Assembly (NCBI GenBank): GCA_054661495.1 | Contig: BAAFSQ010000084.1 | Span: 1-32,000, forward strand | Source of the DNA: Zygophlyctis sp. KS116 | Taxonomy: Eukaryota; Fungi; Chytridiomycota | Length of the DNA stretch: 32,000 nt | Direction: 5' to 3' | Shown here: positions 21,092-31,700 of the stretch, piece after piece | Layout: each line of letters opens with the position of its first letter | Numbering within the stretch: position 1 is the stretch's first letter | Program-made: the position numbers and the translations under genes | Notes under the pieces: generated by a model | Databases searched by the model: none | What the model was told of the DNA's origin: nothing | The model's input: the letters and a program-made list of their open reading frames with translations, nothing else

Positions 21092-22012
21092 ATGCGTTTA
21101 CGAACTAAACTGGTCTCTGCGGGAATCCTAACAAGTACATGAATTCCGCTTACAATAGAAATACTAAGCTGCATTGATAAAAGCAAGAGTGCCCTGTTTA
21201 AATTTACACCTGAATCCTTGACTATTTCTAGTGGATGTGGCACCATTTGGGCAACGATAAACACTGTAATTTGAAAATAATGTAATGGTAGAATCTAATG
21301 TTTGATCATTATCTTGTAGAATCCATGTCGGACAATCAGTATTTTTTGTATTTAAAGTTAGGATTTTCCTAGAAATTGATTGTAACGATTTGTTATCTTC
21401 CTTTACAAATCAAGCGTATGATATCTGGTTAAAATTAACAAAACGAAATAATCAGGCAGTTTTAACAATTACAATGATTGATCAGGTAAATATTATGGAT
21501 TAATTCCTTGTCAAAAATATCTATACATTTATCTCATGATATACCAGTAAGAGTTGTGCCACCAAACCTTGGAATGGAGTATTCACCTAGAGTCTTTGAA
21601 ATTCCTGAATTTGAATTTAAATCCTTAAAATTGGTTAAAATTTGGAATTCTAGTCTACTAAAACTCTTTAAAAACTCCAACTTTTTGAAAATATCTGGAA
21701 ATTCAACATGTTTAAAGTTATCTTTGGAATCTACTCAATTGAATTTAGAATTTATTCTTAAATCTAATTCAACCAATGCATTAGATTCTGAATTTAACAC
21801 TAGTGCAATTATAGATACTAGGACATTTCTAAAGTTTACAACTTGTTTTATTACAACTCCACTGTCAATTACAACATGTAACTATAAAATTTAATTTTAC
21901 AGGTATATACACTGAAAAAGTAGTATTTAAAGTGGAAATAGGAAATAATTACGCATCTGGAATACTACCCTGTGCATCTTTATTATATATTTGCCCTTGT
22001 AAAACAGTCTAA
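21092..22012 (+). CDS. HUS1: 9-1-1 checkpoint clamp subunit Hus1 (mostly missed by the ORF track)
   Basis: Spliced product MRLRTKL..FKFTPESL..IWATI..MFDHYLVESMSDNQIFLEI..LKLTKRNNQAVL..HDIPVRV..SLLYICP. Introns 21135-21158 (24 nt), 21266-21291 (26), 21339-21361 (23), 21486-21510 (25, GT-TG) and 21878-21902 (25). Confidence 0.82.
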
Positions 22013-22578
22013 TCTTCCATATCAAAATCATCATCTTCAACCTGAATTTTCCTAGTATTTGGAATTGTAGACATTCCTGGCATTCCTGGAATTGTAGGCA
22101 TTCCAGAGATTGCAAAAGTATTTTGATTTATAGAGTTTTCCAACTCTTGTACAGTTGAATTACTCTTTTTAATAATTTTAACTTGTGGTGCAGTTAATGT
22201 TAGTCTTTCAGCAGGTAATCGTAGTCCGAATTTCTCTGGAATTTGTGGTAATGGAATAGAATTCTTTTTTTGCGCCAATTCTAGCAAAAACTAGATTTTA
22301 AAAAGATTAAATTATACATCTTTAGAAGGAGGAGAAGTAAAAGACGATGACAATTTCCCTTGTAAAGCCAATTTACAATCATCAAGAGAAACATCTTTTC
22401 TATCAGCATGTTCAGCATACAAAAAAGCATCTTCCAAGATTTGTGTGATATGACCATGACCCAATTCCAACAATTGATGAATAACAAGCGGATCATAGTC
22501 TGACACTCCCAAAGATTCTAGTAAAAGACTAGTGAGTTTTGCATCTCTTGGAAGACTCGACGGATCTTGAGAAATCAT
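22009..22578 (-). CDS. TAF9: TFIID/SAGA subunit Taf9
   Basis: PRDAKL..LLESLGV.DYDP.V..QLLE, PPSKDFLLELAQKKNSIPLP, GLRLP. Intron 22291-22317 (27 nt). Confidence 0.93.
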
Positions 22579-22656
22579 AGTCTCCTGAATCTACACCCCC
22601 TCCTACTCGTGATACGCCTGAGAGATTTGAGAAATATTTGAGAAATATTTTACAAA

Positions 22657-22937
22657 ATGTTTAGAAAATTAGTGCAAAGAAATTTTAGTCTACTTCCAGG
22701 AGAATCTAAAATTACTCTAAAATTACAGGAAAAGTTATCACCTACTCTTCTCTCTGTAAAAGACGTTTCTGGTAATAAAAATTAATAATTATAGGAGGTT
22801 GTGGATCAATGTATTCAATTGAAATTTCTTCAGACTCTTTCAAGAATTTATCTTTAATCCAAAAACATCGTCTAGTCCAAGATACTCTAAAATCTGATAT
22901 TAAAGAGATGCATGGTATACAAATAAAAATTGTTTAA
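22657..22937 (+). CDS. BOLA3: Mitochondrial BolA protein, BOLA3/Bol3 type (absent from the ORF track)
   Basis: MFRKLVQRNFS presequence-like start; VKDVSG|GCGSMYSIEISS..F..LSLIQKHRLV..L..DIKEMHGIQIK. Intron 22772-22794 (23 nt). Confidence 0.9.
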
Positions 22938-23512
22938 GATTTTGTCCATATTTGATATTCAAAATTAATAGAATCTTGAACTTGAAGGTTGGAAATTTCT
23001 TTTGGAAATATTGGGAATAGAGTTTCTTGTGTCTCTTTTCTAGATAATTTAGTCCATAAAGTTTCATTCCATCCTTTATAAAATGTATCACACTCTAGAT
23101 TTACAAATATTCTTGTAATAAATAATTTACTACACATTTCAAGTGTTTGAGAGTAGATACTAGCTCCACCAATGATAAATACACTAGAATGATTAATGGT
23201 TGATAGTAATTCCAATGTACAAGTTAAATCAGAACAAGTAAAACAATTTTCTAAAGATATTGACAAGGTTGAAGAGATGATAATATTAATTCTGTTTTTT
23301 AAAGGTCGGTTTTTGACTGGTAGAGATTCCCAAGTTCTTCTTCCCATTATAACAACATTTGGAGGATCATGTTTTGGATCTAAACGACCGTATTTTGTAG
23401 TAATTTTAGAGAAATAAATTAATTCAGATTTTAAGGACCAAGGGAGGTCTCCATTTACTCCAATTCCTTTTGACTCTGTCATGGCAACGATTTGATACAT
23501 GTTTGTAGTCAT
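22934..23512 (-). CDS. DHFR: Dihydrofolate reductase (monofunctional)
   Basis: IVAMTESKGIGVNGDLPW, NVVIMGRRTWESLP..RPLKNRINIIIS, FIIGGASIY, ECDTFY; no TS domain. Confidence 0.95.
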   Translation of the reverse strand: MTTNMYQIVAMTESKGIGVNGDLPWSLKSELIYFSKITTKYGRLDPKHDPPNVVIMGRRTWESLPVKNRPLKNRINIIISSTLSISLENCFTCSDLTCTLELLSTINHSSVFIIGGASIYSQTLEMCSKLFITRIFVNLECDTFYKGWNETLWTKLSRKETQETLFPIFPKEISNLQVQDSINFEYQIWTKS

Positions 23513-23663
23513 TACGATTTAAAAGAATTTTAAACAATTTCCTTGACACTTTATTGAGTACTTGCAATATTTTCTATTTTATCAAAGATTTCCTATCTAC
23601 TAGTACACAGATTCTAGATTCTAGATTCAATATTATAGATTCTGGTCAGGTATCAGTCAGTTA

Positions 23664-24775
23664 TCAGGAGTATTCTACTCGATGTTCATGCTCGTAATCA
23701 TTCCATAATTCTTGTAATTCTTGAATTGCCTTGTTTCTTTCCAGAGATTCATTTAAATCTATTCCAGAGTTGTTGACTTGGTTTGTACAAGTTTCTTGTT
23801 TTTTGTCTTTCAAATATTCTGGTTTAGAGGTAGTCTTTAAAAGTGGTAAACAAACTGATTTAGATCCTGCAGGCCATGATCGTTTTCCTAGAGAGGGTGG
23901 AGTTGTTAAATCTGTTGAACGAACAGGGAATTTTTGTAGAATTTTGAGTGGTTTTCGGACATTTCTATCTTGAGTCTTTAAAAGTACTTGAGGATTTTTA
24001 ACTGATAATGATCCTGTTTTTGAACTTGAAAATGATAATTGGGAAGTACGGCCTATTAAATTTGAAAATTTTGAAATTGAAGGTAGTAGTTCCAATTTTG
24101 GAGGAGTTTTCGGACAAAAATATTTTAGTTTTGGAAGTTTACTTTCACGTATAGTGGTTTTAGAGGTTTTAGAAGTTCTAGAGGCTGTAGAAGTAAGAGT
24201 TGGTTTTGAAGATTTAGGAGGAGTTGGATTTCTTTTTTCTTGATTTTCAAATCGACCAATTTCTAAAAGTTCAAGATGTCTTTCTAATTCTTTTTCTTTT
24301 GCAATACGATCCTTTTTTTCTTGTATTTGTTTTTCAAGTGCTAATTTCCATTCCATATTTGCAGATTCTTTTAAACTTGTATTAGACTCTTCAAAAAATG
24401 CTCTTGTCCGATGATAATTTGGTTCTTTTGTTTGAACTGCTCCAGAAAAAGGAATCCGCTCCTTCTTTTTTCTAAATATTAATAATCTTGCATATACTCT
24501 TTTTCTACTTGCACTCTTGGTAAACAAGCATGTTCTAATTTTATAATATCATTTAGCGGTCTTCTTCTTCCTCCAAACTCTTTAAACTCTTTTGGCTGAT
24601 CCATGAGTGAATTATCTGTAGAAATATATGCCATTGCCTCTAATTTTTCCAATTCTCTTCTTTCCTGAATCTGTCTTTTCTGAATTTCTAAATTATCAAT
24701 CATGTAATTAATACCAAGTTCCTGTAACCACTCTTTACGATTTGCAGATTGTGATCTTTTAACTATTCTAACCAT
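23664..24775 (-). CDS. Coiled-coil/basic protein with CCDC66/CSPP1-like W..EL..Q helices
   Basis: KEWLQELEIQKRQIQERRE and EWKLALEKQIQEKKDRIAKEKE. Introns 24688-24714 (27 nt, in-frame) and 24472-24497 (26 nt). The family call is tentative. Confidence 0.55.
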
Positions 24776-24976
24776 TTCCGGAAGTTTGGACTGACGTTGT
24801 GTTTTTTAACTTCCGTGATTGGTCAGATTACTTAATGGTGAACAATTTTATTATTTATAATGTCAAGACTAACTCAAAAAACTCTCAAAAACTCTCAAAT
24901 ACTCTTAAAAACATATCTGAAAAAACTGATGATCGTGTAAGGGCTGAAATTTATCTTTTTTTCTGTGTTGACAAAG

Positions 24977-25618
24977 ATGCGGGTCAAAGATCTGATCCAA
25001 TCCCATGAATCACTAGATCTTCTCAATCATCAGAGACTAGTGCCAATGGAACCTGTCTTTCGCAACTCTCTACCGACTCCACCGCCCAAAATATTTACAA
25101 CAAAAATAGACTCTGTGATTGAATTTAAAAGTGATTCAAGATGGGAAATGTTGTTGCATTGCTCTCCAAAAGTCTCAAATATAGATCTGAATTCAAAGGA
25201 TGGATCAGACTCTGAATCACCAACTACTTTGTTTAATAAAACATTTAAATGCCCTCATGCAGAATGGTAAATTATGAAATTTAAAATGTATAGTGGCAAA
25301 ATATTTACACGAGCACAAAATCTAAATTCACATCTCTCTGTACATTCAGGAGAAAGACCTTATGTTTGTAGTTATGAGGGATGTCAGGGGAAATTTAGAA
25401 GAAAGCAGGATCTTTTTAGACATACGAGATCTATTCATATGCCATTTTCTTCAAGACCGTATGAATGTCCCTCTGAAGGATGTTTAATGAGGTTTGCTAG
25501 AGCTGATGGATTAAATGCACATGTAAAGAAATGTGGAAGTAGTTCCAGTCTAAGATCTAATAGGAAAAAGAAATCTGCATATGCGGGAACATCATTTGGT
25601 AAAGTACTCGAAGAATAA
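24977..25618 (+). CDS. C2H2 zinc-finger transcription factor (3 fingers)
   Basis: FKCPHAEC|GKIFTRAQNLNSHLSVHSGERPYVC..C..F..L.RH...H..YEC...C..F..L..H...C. Intron 25267-25293 (27 nt). Confidence 0.9.
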
Positions 25619-25640
25619 TAGTTTTTTTTAATTTTCTATT

Positions 25641-26714
25641 CTATTTCATAAAAGAATGAGGCTCATTAGGGTAAGTTGGTCCATCTCGTTGAATGACTTG
25701 ACAAGCCACATAATTACCTGCTGCTACACATTTTTCAATTGGAGAATTCAACAAATATTGAGATAAAAATCCTCCAGTAAATGCATCTCCTGCACCAGTT
25801 GTATCAACTATTTTCTCTTTAGCAAGAGGAATAATTGGAAAACTAGAAATTTTACCTCCAGTCGCAACTATAGTCTCCTTTGATCCTTGCGTAAAAACAA
25901 CAATTCTTTTAATCGAAGAATTTAATTTGGGTAATTCTGATACTTTTAATGCAATCTCTTTTAAATCTTGTGTTTCTAAATCCAAAGATTTTGCAAAAGC
26001 CAAGGCTTCAGTCTCATTTCCTAGTAAATTTAGTCGTGATTTAAATACCAAATAAAACATCAGTAAAAGGTAATAATGCCATTAATGGATCCTTAAAAAA
26101 CTGAGGAATAAAGGGTGCAGATAGATTAAGAGTAAAAGGTTTTCCTTTTTCTAAAGCATGTTCAGCAATCATCATTGCAGATGGAGGAGACACTGTCAAA
26201 AAATATCCTCCTACATAGAAACAAGTAGCCTTTTCAACAAGACTCCAAATCTTTGGTGTCTTTAAATGATCAATTTTATAAGCATTTGCTGCTAATAAAT
26301 CAGTCACCATTGATCGATCATTATTAGTAATCAAGACTGCACAAAGACCAGTAGGCAAGGTATCATCAACCATGTATTCTGTTAAAAGACCATCTTTTGC
26401 AGCAACTTCACCTATGTATTAATATATTGTACAATACGCAGCTTATTTGCATTTTCATCTTTTCCGACAGATCCAACATACACTGTTGAATTAGGAGGAA
26501 GAAGCCATTGCGCTCCACGGCAGGTATTTTGAGCAGCTCCTCCAGCGATATATTGGACTGGATAATCACTCATAAGTTCCTTGAATAGGTTCTTATGCTC
26601 ATCAGCGGCCAAGATCGCATCGTTTGCTTTCAGTCCATATTTCTCAAGTAATTCTGGCTTAACAACGGCCGAAATGTCTAAAAGTGGATTTTCTATCCCA
26701 AACAAAAGTGGCAT
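25641..26714 (-). CDS. ADO1: Adenosine kinase (PfkB family)
   Basis: ENPLLDISA, AGGAAQNT, NLSAPFI, FGNETEA, DTTGAGDAFTGGF. Introns 26412-26437 (26 nt) and 26021-26048 (28 nt). Confidence 0.95.
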
Positions 26715-26814
26715 TTTTATGATTCAGCCCTCTTAGCCTCAGTTCCTACTCTTAAACTTTTATATACGATCAAAACTATTCGTTTATTCTAAACTATAAT
26801 CACTATAGATATTA

Positions 26815-28410
26815 TCACAACTTTGGAGAATATAAGAGGCAGTGATTTAATACACCTGCAATAATACCAACCACGGGTAAAGTAAGAACCCATGAAAAGA
26901 GAGTCCATGCAACCATTCTCCAGTTGATTGCCTTCAGATTACCACTGCAAAGTCCTACTGCTACAGTGGCACCAGTAATACAATGAGTAGTAGAAACTGG
27001 AATTCCCAAGAAAGAAGCGGTAATAACAGTTAAAGCTGCACCTAATTCCATAGAGAATCCACGAGAAGGAGAATGATAAGTCATATTATTTCCCAAACTT
27101 CTCATAACACTAAATCCAAAAAAGAAGAGACCTAAATCAATTGCTATTCCACCATAAGCTAAAATCCAAATTGGTACAGAAGTTTTAGATCCTGGAACTT
27201 GACCAGTTTGCCAAATTTGATAAATAGCAGCAATAGGACCTACAGCATTTGCAACATCATTAGACCCATGTGCAAAAGAAGCAAAGGCAGAAGTAGCTAT
27301 TTGAAGAAAAGAGTATAGATATTCTGTTCTATTACAGAATTTTTGAGCCAAATCATGACTCTCTTTTAAGCGGCCATTACCTTGATGAGAAGCCACATCC
27401 ATTCTAACTCCTCGAAGTAAATAATCCTGAATTCTTGTAAATATAGAAGCTGAATTCTTGTCTTGTGATTTCTGTCCTGATTCACCCAAATATACGCTAT
27501 TCTCATCAACAACTAAACTACTTTCCTTCAAGTCTTTACCATCTTTCTGACCAAGATCATCAATTGCTTTAAATGCAGCGTGACCTTGCTTTGGAACCCA
27601 ATGAATGTAAAACAAGTGATACCATTTAAGATCTTCTTCTAGAGCAATTTTACGATTAAAGAAGGGAATCGCAAATAGTTGAGTAAAAAGAGCAAAAATT
27701 CCAGATATACCAAAAGTAAGACCAAGAACCAATCCAACCTTTCCAGTATTTGTGTAATTTCCTTTATCATCTTTTTTTGAAAGATCTATTCCTTTTGGAG
27801 CCTTACTGATAACATAGAACAACAGAATAGAAAATGTAAAGAATACATAGACAGGCATTGCCTTTAAAGCTCTTTGAAAAGATTTGTTTGAATCTAATAC
27901 AGTTCGTTTAGTCAGCAAAAATATTATTGAAGCTAGAAGTCCAGACGCAACGGGAGAAATGAACCATGAAGCTACAATTTGACCCACACCCTTCCAGCCC
28001 CAAACCACTCCACCTGACCCAAAAGCACCAATCCCAGCACCAGCAACGGCGCCGACAATTGAATGAGTAGTGGAAACTGGCCATCCAAACTTTGAAGCAG
28101 TAATCACCCATAAAGAACTTCCTACTAGAGCACAGAGAAAAGACAATGCTAAAACATCCGGAACAGCCTGATAATCTTTAACATCAATAATTTTGTTTTT
28201 AATAGTGTCAACAGTTTCAGCACCGAGTAAAACGGCACCAAGGAATTCAGTAAACAGAGCGATAATTACGGCCTGCATCAAGGTCAGAGATCTTGATCCA
28301 ACGGCAGTAGCAAATGAATTAGCAACATCATTAGCCCCTATACCGTATGCATCCAAGAATGCAAAGATCATTCCTATGGCAAAGATTGGTGTGATTGAAA
28401 ATGGATCCAT
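26815..28410 (-). CDS. PHO89: PiT/PHO4-family Na+/phosphate symporter (Pho89-like)
   Basis: GANDVANSFAT and HGSNDVANAVGP signatures, two PVSTTH motifs, multiple TM helices; no intron needed. Confidence 0.93.
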   Translation of the reverse strand: MDPFSITPIFAIGMIFAFLDAYGIGANDVANSFATAVGSRSLTLMQAVIIALFTEFLGAVLLGAETVDTIKNKIIDVKDYQAVPDVLALSFLCALVGSSLWVITASKFGWPVSTTHSIVGAVAGAGIGAFGSGGVVWGWKGVGQIVASWFISPVASGLLASIIFLLTKRTVLDSNKSFQRALKAMPVYVFFTFSILLFYVISKAPKGIDLSKKDDKGNYTNTGKVGLVLGLTFGISGIFALFTQLFAIPFFNRKIALEEDLKWYHLFYIHWVPKQGHAAFKAIDDLGQKDGKDLKESSLVVDENSVYLGESGQKSQDKNSASIFTRIQDYLLRGVRMDVASHQGNGRLKESHDLAQKFCNRTEYLYSFLQIATSAFASFAHGSNDVANAVGPIAAIYQIWQTGQVPGSKTSVPIWILAYGGIAIDLGLFFFGFSVMRSLGNNMTYHSPSRGFSMELGAALTVITASFLGIPVSTTHCITGATVAVGLCSGNLKAINWRMVAWTLFSWVLTLPVVGIIAGVLNHCLLYSPKL

Positions 28411-28461
28411 TATTTATTTTTCATGGTTGGTTTAAACCCTCTCTTTAAGTCCATGCAGAAG

Positions 28462-28553
28462 CACATGGAGACTCCACGTTTACAGAGATAAGTTTTTACA
28501 TTTTCACGGGATTGTAACAAAATATTGTTGTCAAGCGTTTGCTGATCCACGTT
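28462..28553. promoter_or_regulatory. Candidate Pho4-like bHLH sites upstream of the phosphate transporter
   Basis: CACGTT at 28475-28480 and 28548-28553 (both within TCCACGTTT), and CACATG at 28462. Confidence 0.5.
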
Positions 28554-28719
28554 TTCTGGATGAAATGTCGCGTGGAGGGGTTAAATTTCCTAAAAGCACT
28601 TAAATTATCATACAAGCGTCTTTAAAACGTGTTTTGTCCAATCTTTCGGATGGCGGACATTTAGAATTTTCAAGATATTTTGGCCATTCTAGTAGTATTT
28701 ATTTTGAATTTGAATCATG

Positions 28720-31700
28720 CTATTTAATTCCTAATTCCTTCTTTAACCTAACAACCAGGGCCCAATCGTCTTTGGAAAGATCGTTTCTAAATGTTGTCTT
28801 TAAAATATCTATAGAGCCTCTTGTCAACTAAAATTAGTATTAGAAAATATTACCCTGGAGAAGATTTCACTAGATTCATTGAAATGTCTCCCAAACATTT
28901 TTGGAGTTTCATAAGGTGCATTTTCAACACGAATAGCAACAGAAGGATCTCCTCTTTTTGCTTCCGGGCGAGACTTATGATTAAGTTCAATACCGACAAC
29001 TTTTCCCAAGGAGATTACTTTGGAATCTTCAATAACACATAGAGGAGTTCCAACTTTTAAGACTCCTTCCATTACGTCAACACCCATGATGATAGGAGCT
29101 CTCTTATTGAAAACTGCACCAGGAACAATTTTCAAAACACAGGGAAAGATAGCCATTGGAGCATCATCCCTGCGTTTTTGTTCCTCTATTTCTTTCATGT
29201 GCGCAGTGAATTTGTCAAATAAGTGATAAATAATATTTGCCTAGAAAAGTTAAAAAAAAAAATTACAGAAAATATGGTTACACCCATTTCCTTTGCTAGT
29301 TCTGTAGCATCTTTATCTATTGGAACGTCAAAAGCTAACAGTTGGGCGTATTCGGGAGCTTTTTCAAGCATTACAGAACATCGAATCACATCCTTTTTAT
29401 GAACAGGACCAATATTGATTCCAGAAACGGGAATATTTGAAGATTTTAAAAAGGTTAACAGAGCCTCTAGAGAACCCAAAGTGGAAGATTGCACACATAC
29501 ACCCTTTCCAGATTTATCAATTGATGACATAAGAGATGTCAAGTCCGACATTACTTCTTCCATCAAGTCTTCCTCATCGTCATCGGGACCGACGACAAGA
29601 AGACGAGAGCCTGCAATCGCCTTTTCAAGGTCAGGGGCAGCTATTTTCACTCCCTGTGATGCCTTGACTTCTTTATGATGAACGTAGGCAGATTTGACTC
29701 TCAATTCGCGCATAGGCTGAGGAGTAAGCAAGGCACGAATATTAGTGACAATAGGTCCATTCAGTCCACATATGACTATTCGATCTCCCTCTCGTAATAC
29801 CCCATTTGATAAAATAACATCAATAGTTGTTCCCAGACCTTCAATAACTTTGACTTCCAAGACGGTACATTCCAATTCCGATAGATACATCAACTTTTCT
29901 GTCATTCGAGTTTGAGTCAGGTCAACTAGCAAATGCAATAAATCAGGTATTCCTTCACCAGTGATAGCAGATGTGGGTATGAGAGAGACATTCTTCCCAA
30001 GATTCTTATTATCCCAGTACAGGCATGCATTAAGACCTTGTTCCGCAAACTGGACAATGGTTTTTGTTACACGATCATTGAATTCTTTGATAACATGCGA
30101 TTTCTGTAGAGCTAAAGTGTCTCTTGTGGGGTAATCTGGATAGGCCTGCCAGTCAAACATTCGATCAATTTTGTTAAGTGCTACGATAAATGGAGTTTTG
30201 CGCTGTCTTAAAAGACCTAATGACTCTAGTGTCTGAGGCTCCAAACCGTGAACAATATCTACTACTAAAATTGCGATATTGCATAATGATGATCCTCTGC
30301 TACGTAAGTTCGTAAAGGATTCGTGACCAGGCGTGTCAATGATCAAGAGACCAGGGATTTTGTATCCTGGATCCTCACCTTTGTGATAGAGAGCCGTTTT
30401 CTGTATTACTGCATCTATTGGGAAATATGTGGCACCAATCTGCTGAGTAATACCACCAGCTTCGCCTTCTTGAACATTAGTTTGTCTTATTTTATCCAAT
30501 ACTTTAGTTTTGCCAGTGTCAACATGACCTAAAATGCAACATATAGGTGATCGCAAATTATCAGCGGATCTAGCAGCCAAAGCCGCAGCTATACGTTCCT
30601 ATGTATTATTTTTGATGTGTAAATACCTTTTTACGAGCCGCAGCTTCTTCCTTTCGCTTGAGAGCTTGCTTTTCGTGTTCAGTCAGCTCCTCTGATTCAT
30701 CAGAATCATCAGAGTCGTCCGATTCATTCTCTTCATCGGAATCACTTCCTTTTTCTTCATCAGATTGATCCATAACTTCTTCAGCAGCATTGGCTACTGC
30801 TTCTTTGGTGTCCTTTTCCTTATTTTCATTCCCAACTCCAACTTTATTCAATTTTAGATTTTCCAATTTTAAAGACTCTTGGTCAACTTTATCTTCATCT
30901 GATTCATCATCCCAATTATCTTTTATATTTTCATCGGCTTCCGAAACCATATCCCATGAATCTTTAATCGACTCCGAATTCTGATCTTCGACATCCCAGC
31001 ATTCATTGACCTGTTCAATATCCTTTTTGTCGACAATGACAGCTTCTCTCAAATCTGGACTTGAGACTTTTGATTGAGTTTTTTCATTTTCAGTTGAATT
31101 GTTATTTTTTCCCTTCTTCTTTTTGCCATAAACAACCTTCTTTGATCCTTGATTTTCAGCTTTAAGTCCTTCTACTACAACTCCAGAAGCCAGCATAGCT
31201 TCTAATTTAGCTTGCGCTTGAGCCTGAGCCTTTTGCTGTGCAGGCGTTAAATATTTCCCAGCCTTTTTCAACTCTTCTTTTCTCAACTACTGATAAATAA
31301 TTTTGTAACAATACCCTTTCTTTTTCCCTTTTCTTTTGTTTTGCTTCTAATCGTTTTGCTTCTTCTTCCTCTTCTTGCATTTTTATTGCTTCTAGCCGAG
31401 CCCTCTCTTCCTCTTCTCTCTTTTGAGCTTCTTCCTCTGCAGCCTTTCTAGCAGCCATCATTTCCCTTAGAGCAGCCACTGGCGGTCCTACCTTTTTCTT
31501 TGCCCCTTTTTTCTTACTCTTTGAAGAATCATCAGGATTTTCGATAGCTTCAGCAGAAGCTTGCTCTAATTCTTCTACTTCTTTAGAGTCTTTAGGCTCT
31601 TGTGAACCTGTTTTAGAATCACTCTTTTTTGACGTTTGCTTCTTTGCTAATTTTTGACGTTCTTTTCTTTCTCTTTCTTTTTCCTTTTTAGATTTAATCT

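Noticed and set aside
7005-21515. CCTTG in the two odd introns (near 7010 and 21510) as a U12-type branch site (TCCTTRAC)
   Set aside because: The donors are GTAAAT, not the U12 RTATCCTT, and no suitable AG/AC follows in frame for HUS1.
22657-28410. Functional gene cluster (DHFR, ADK, PHO89, BOLA3)
   Set aside because: These are unrelated housekeeping functions in mixed orientation; adjacency is explained by compaction.
28482-28490. ACAGAGA box of U6 snRNA
   Set aside because: The flanking U6 sequence (AGATTAGCATGG, 5' stem) is absent.
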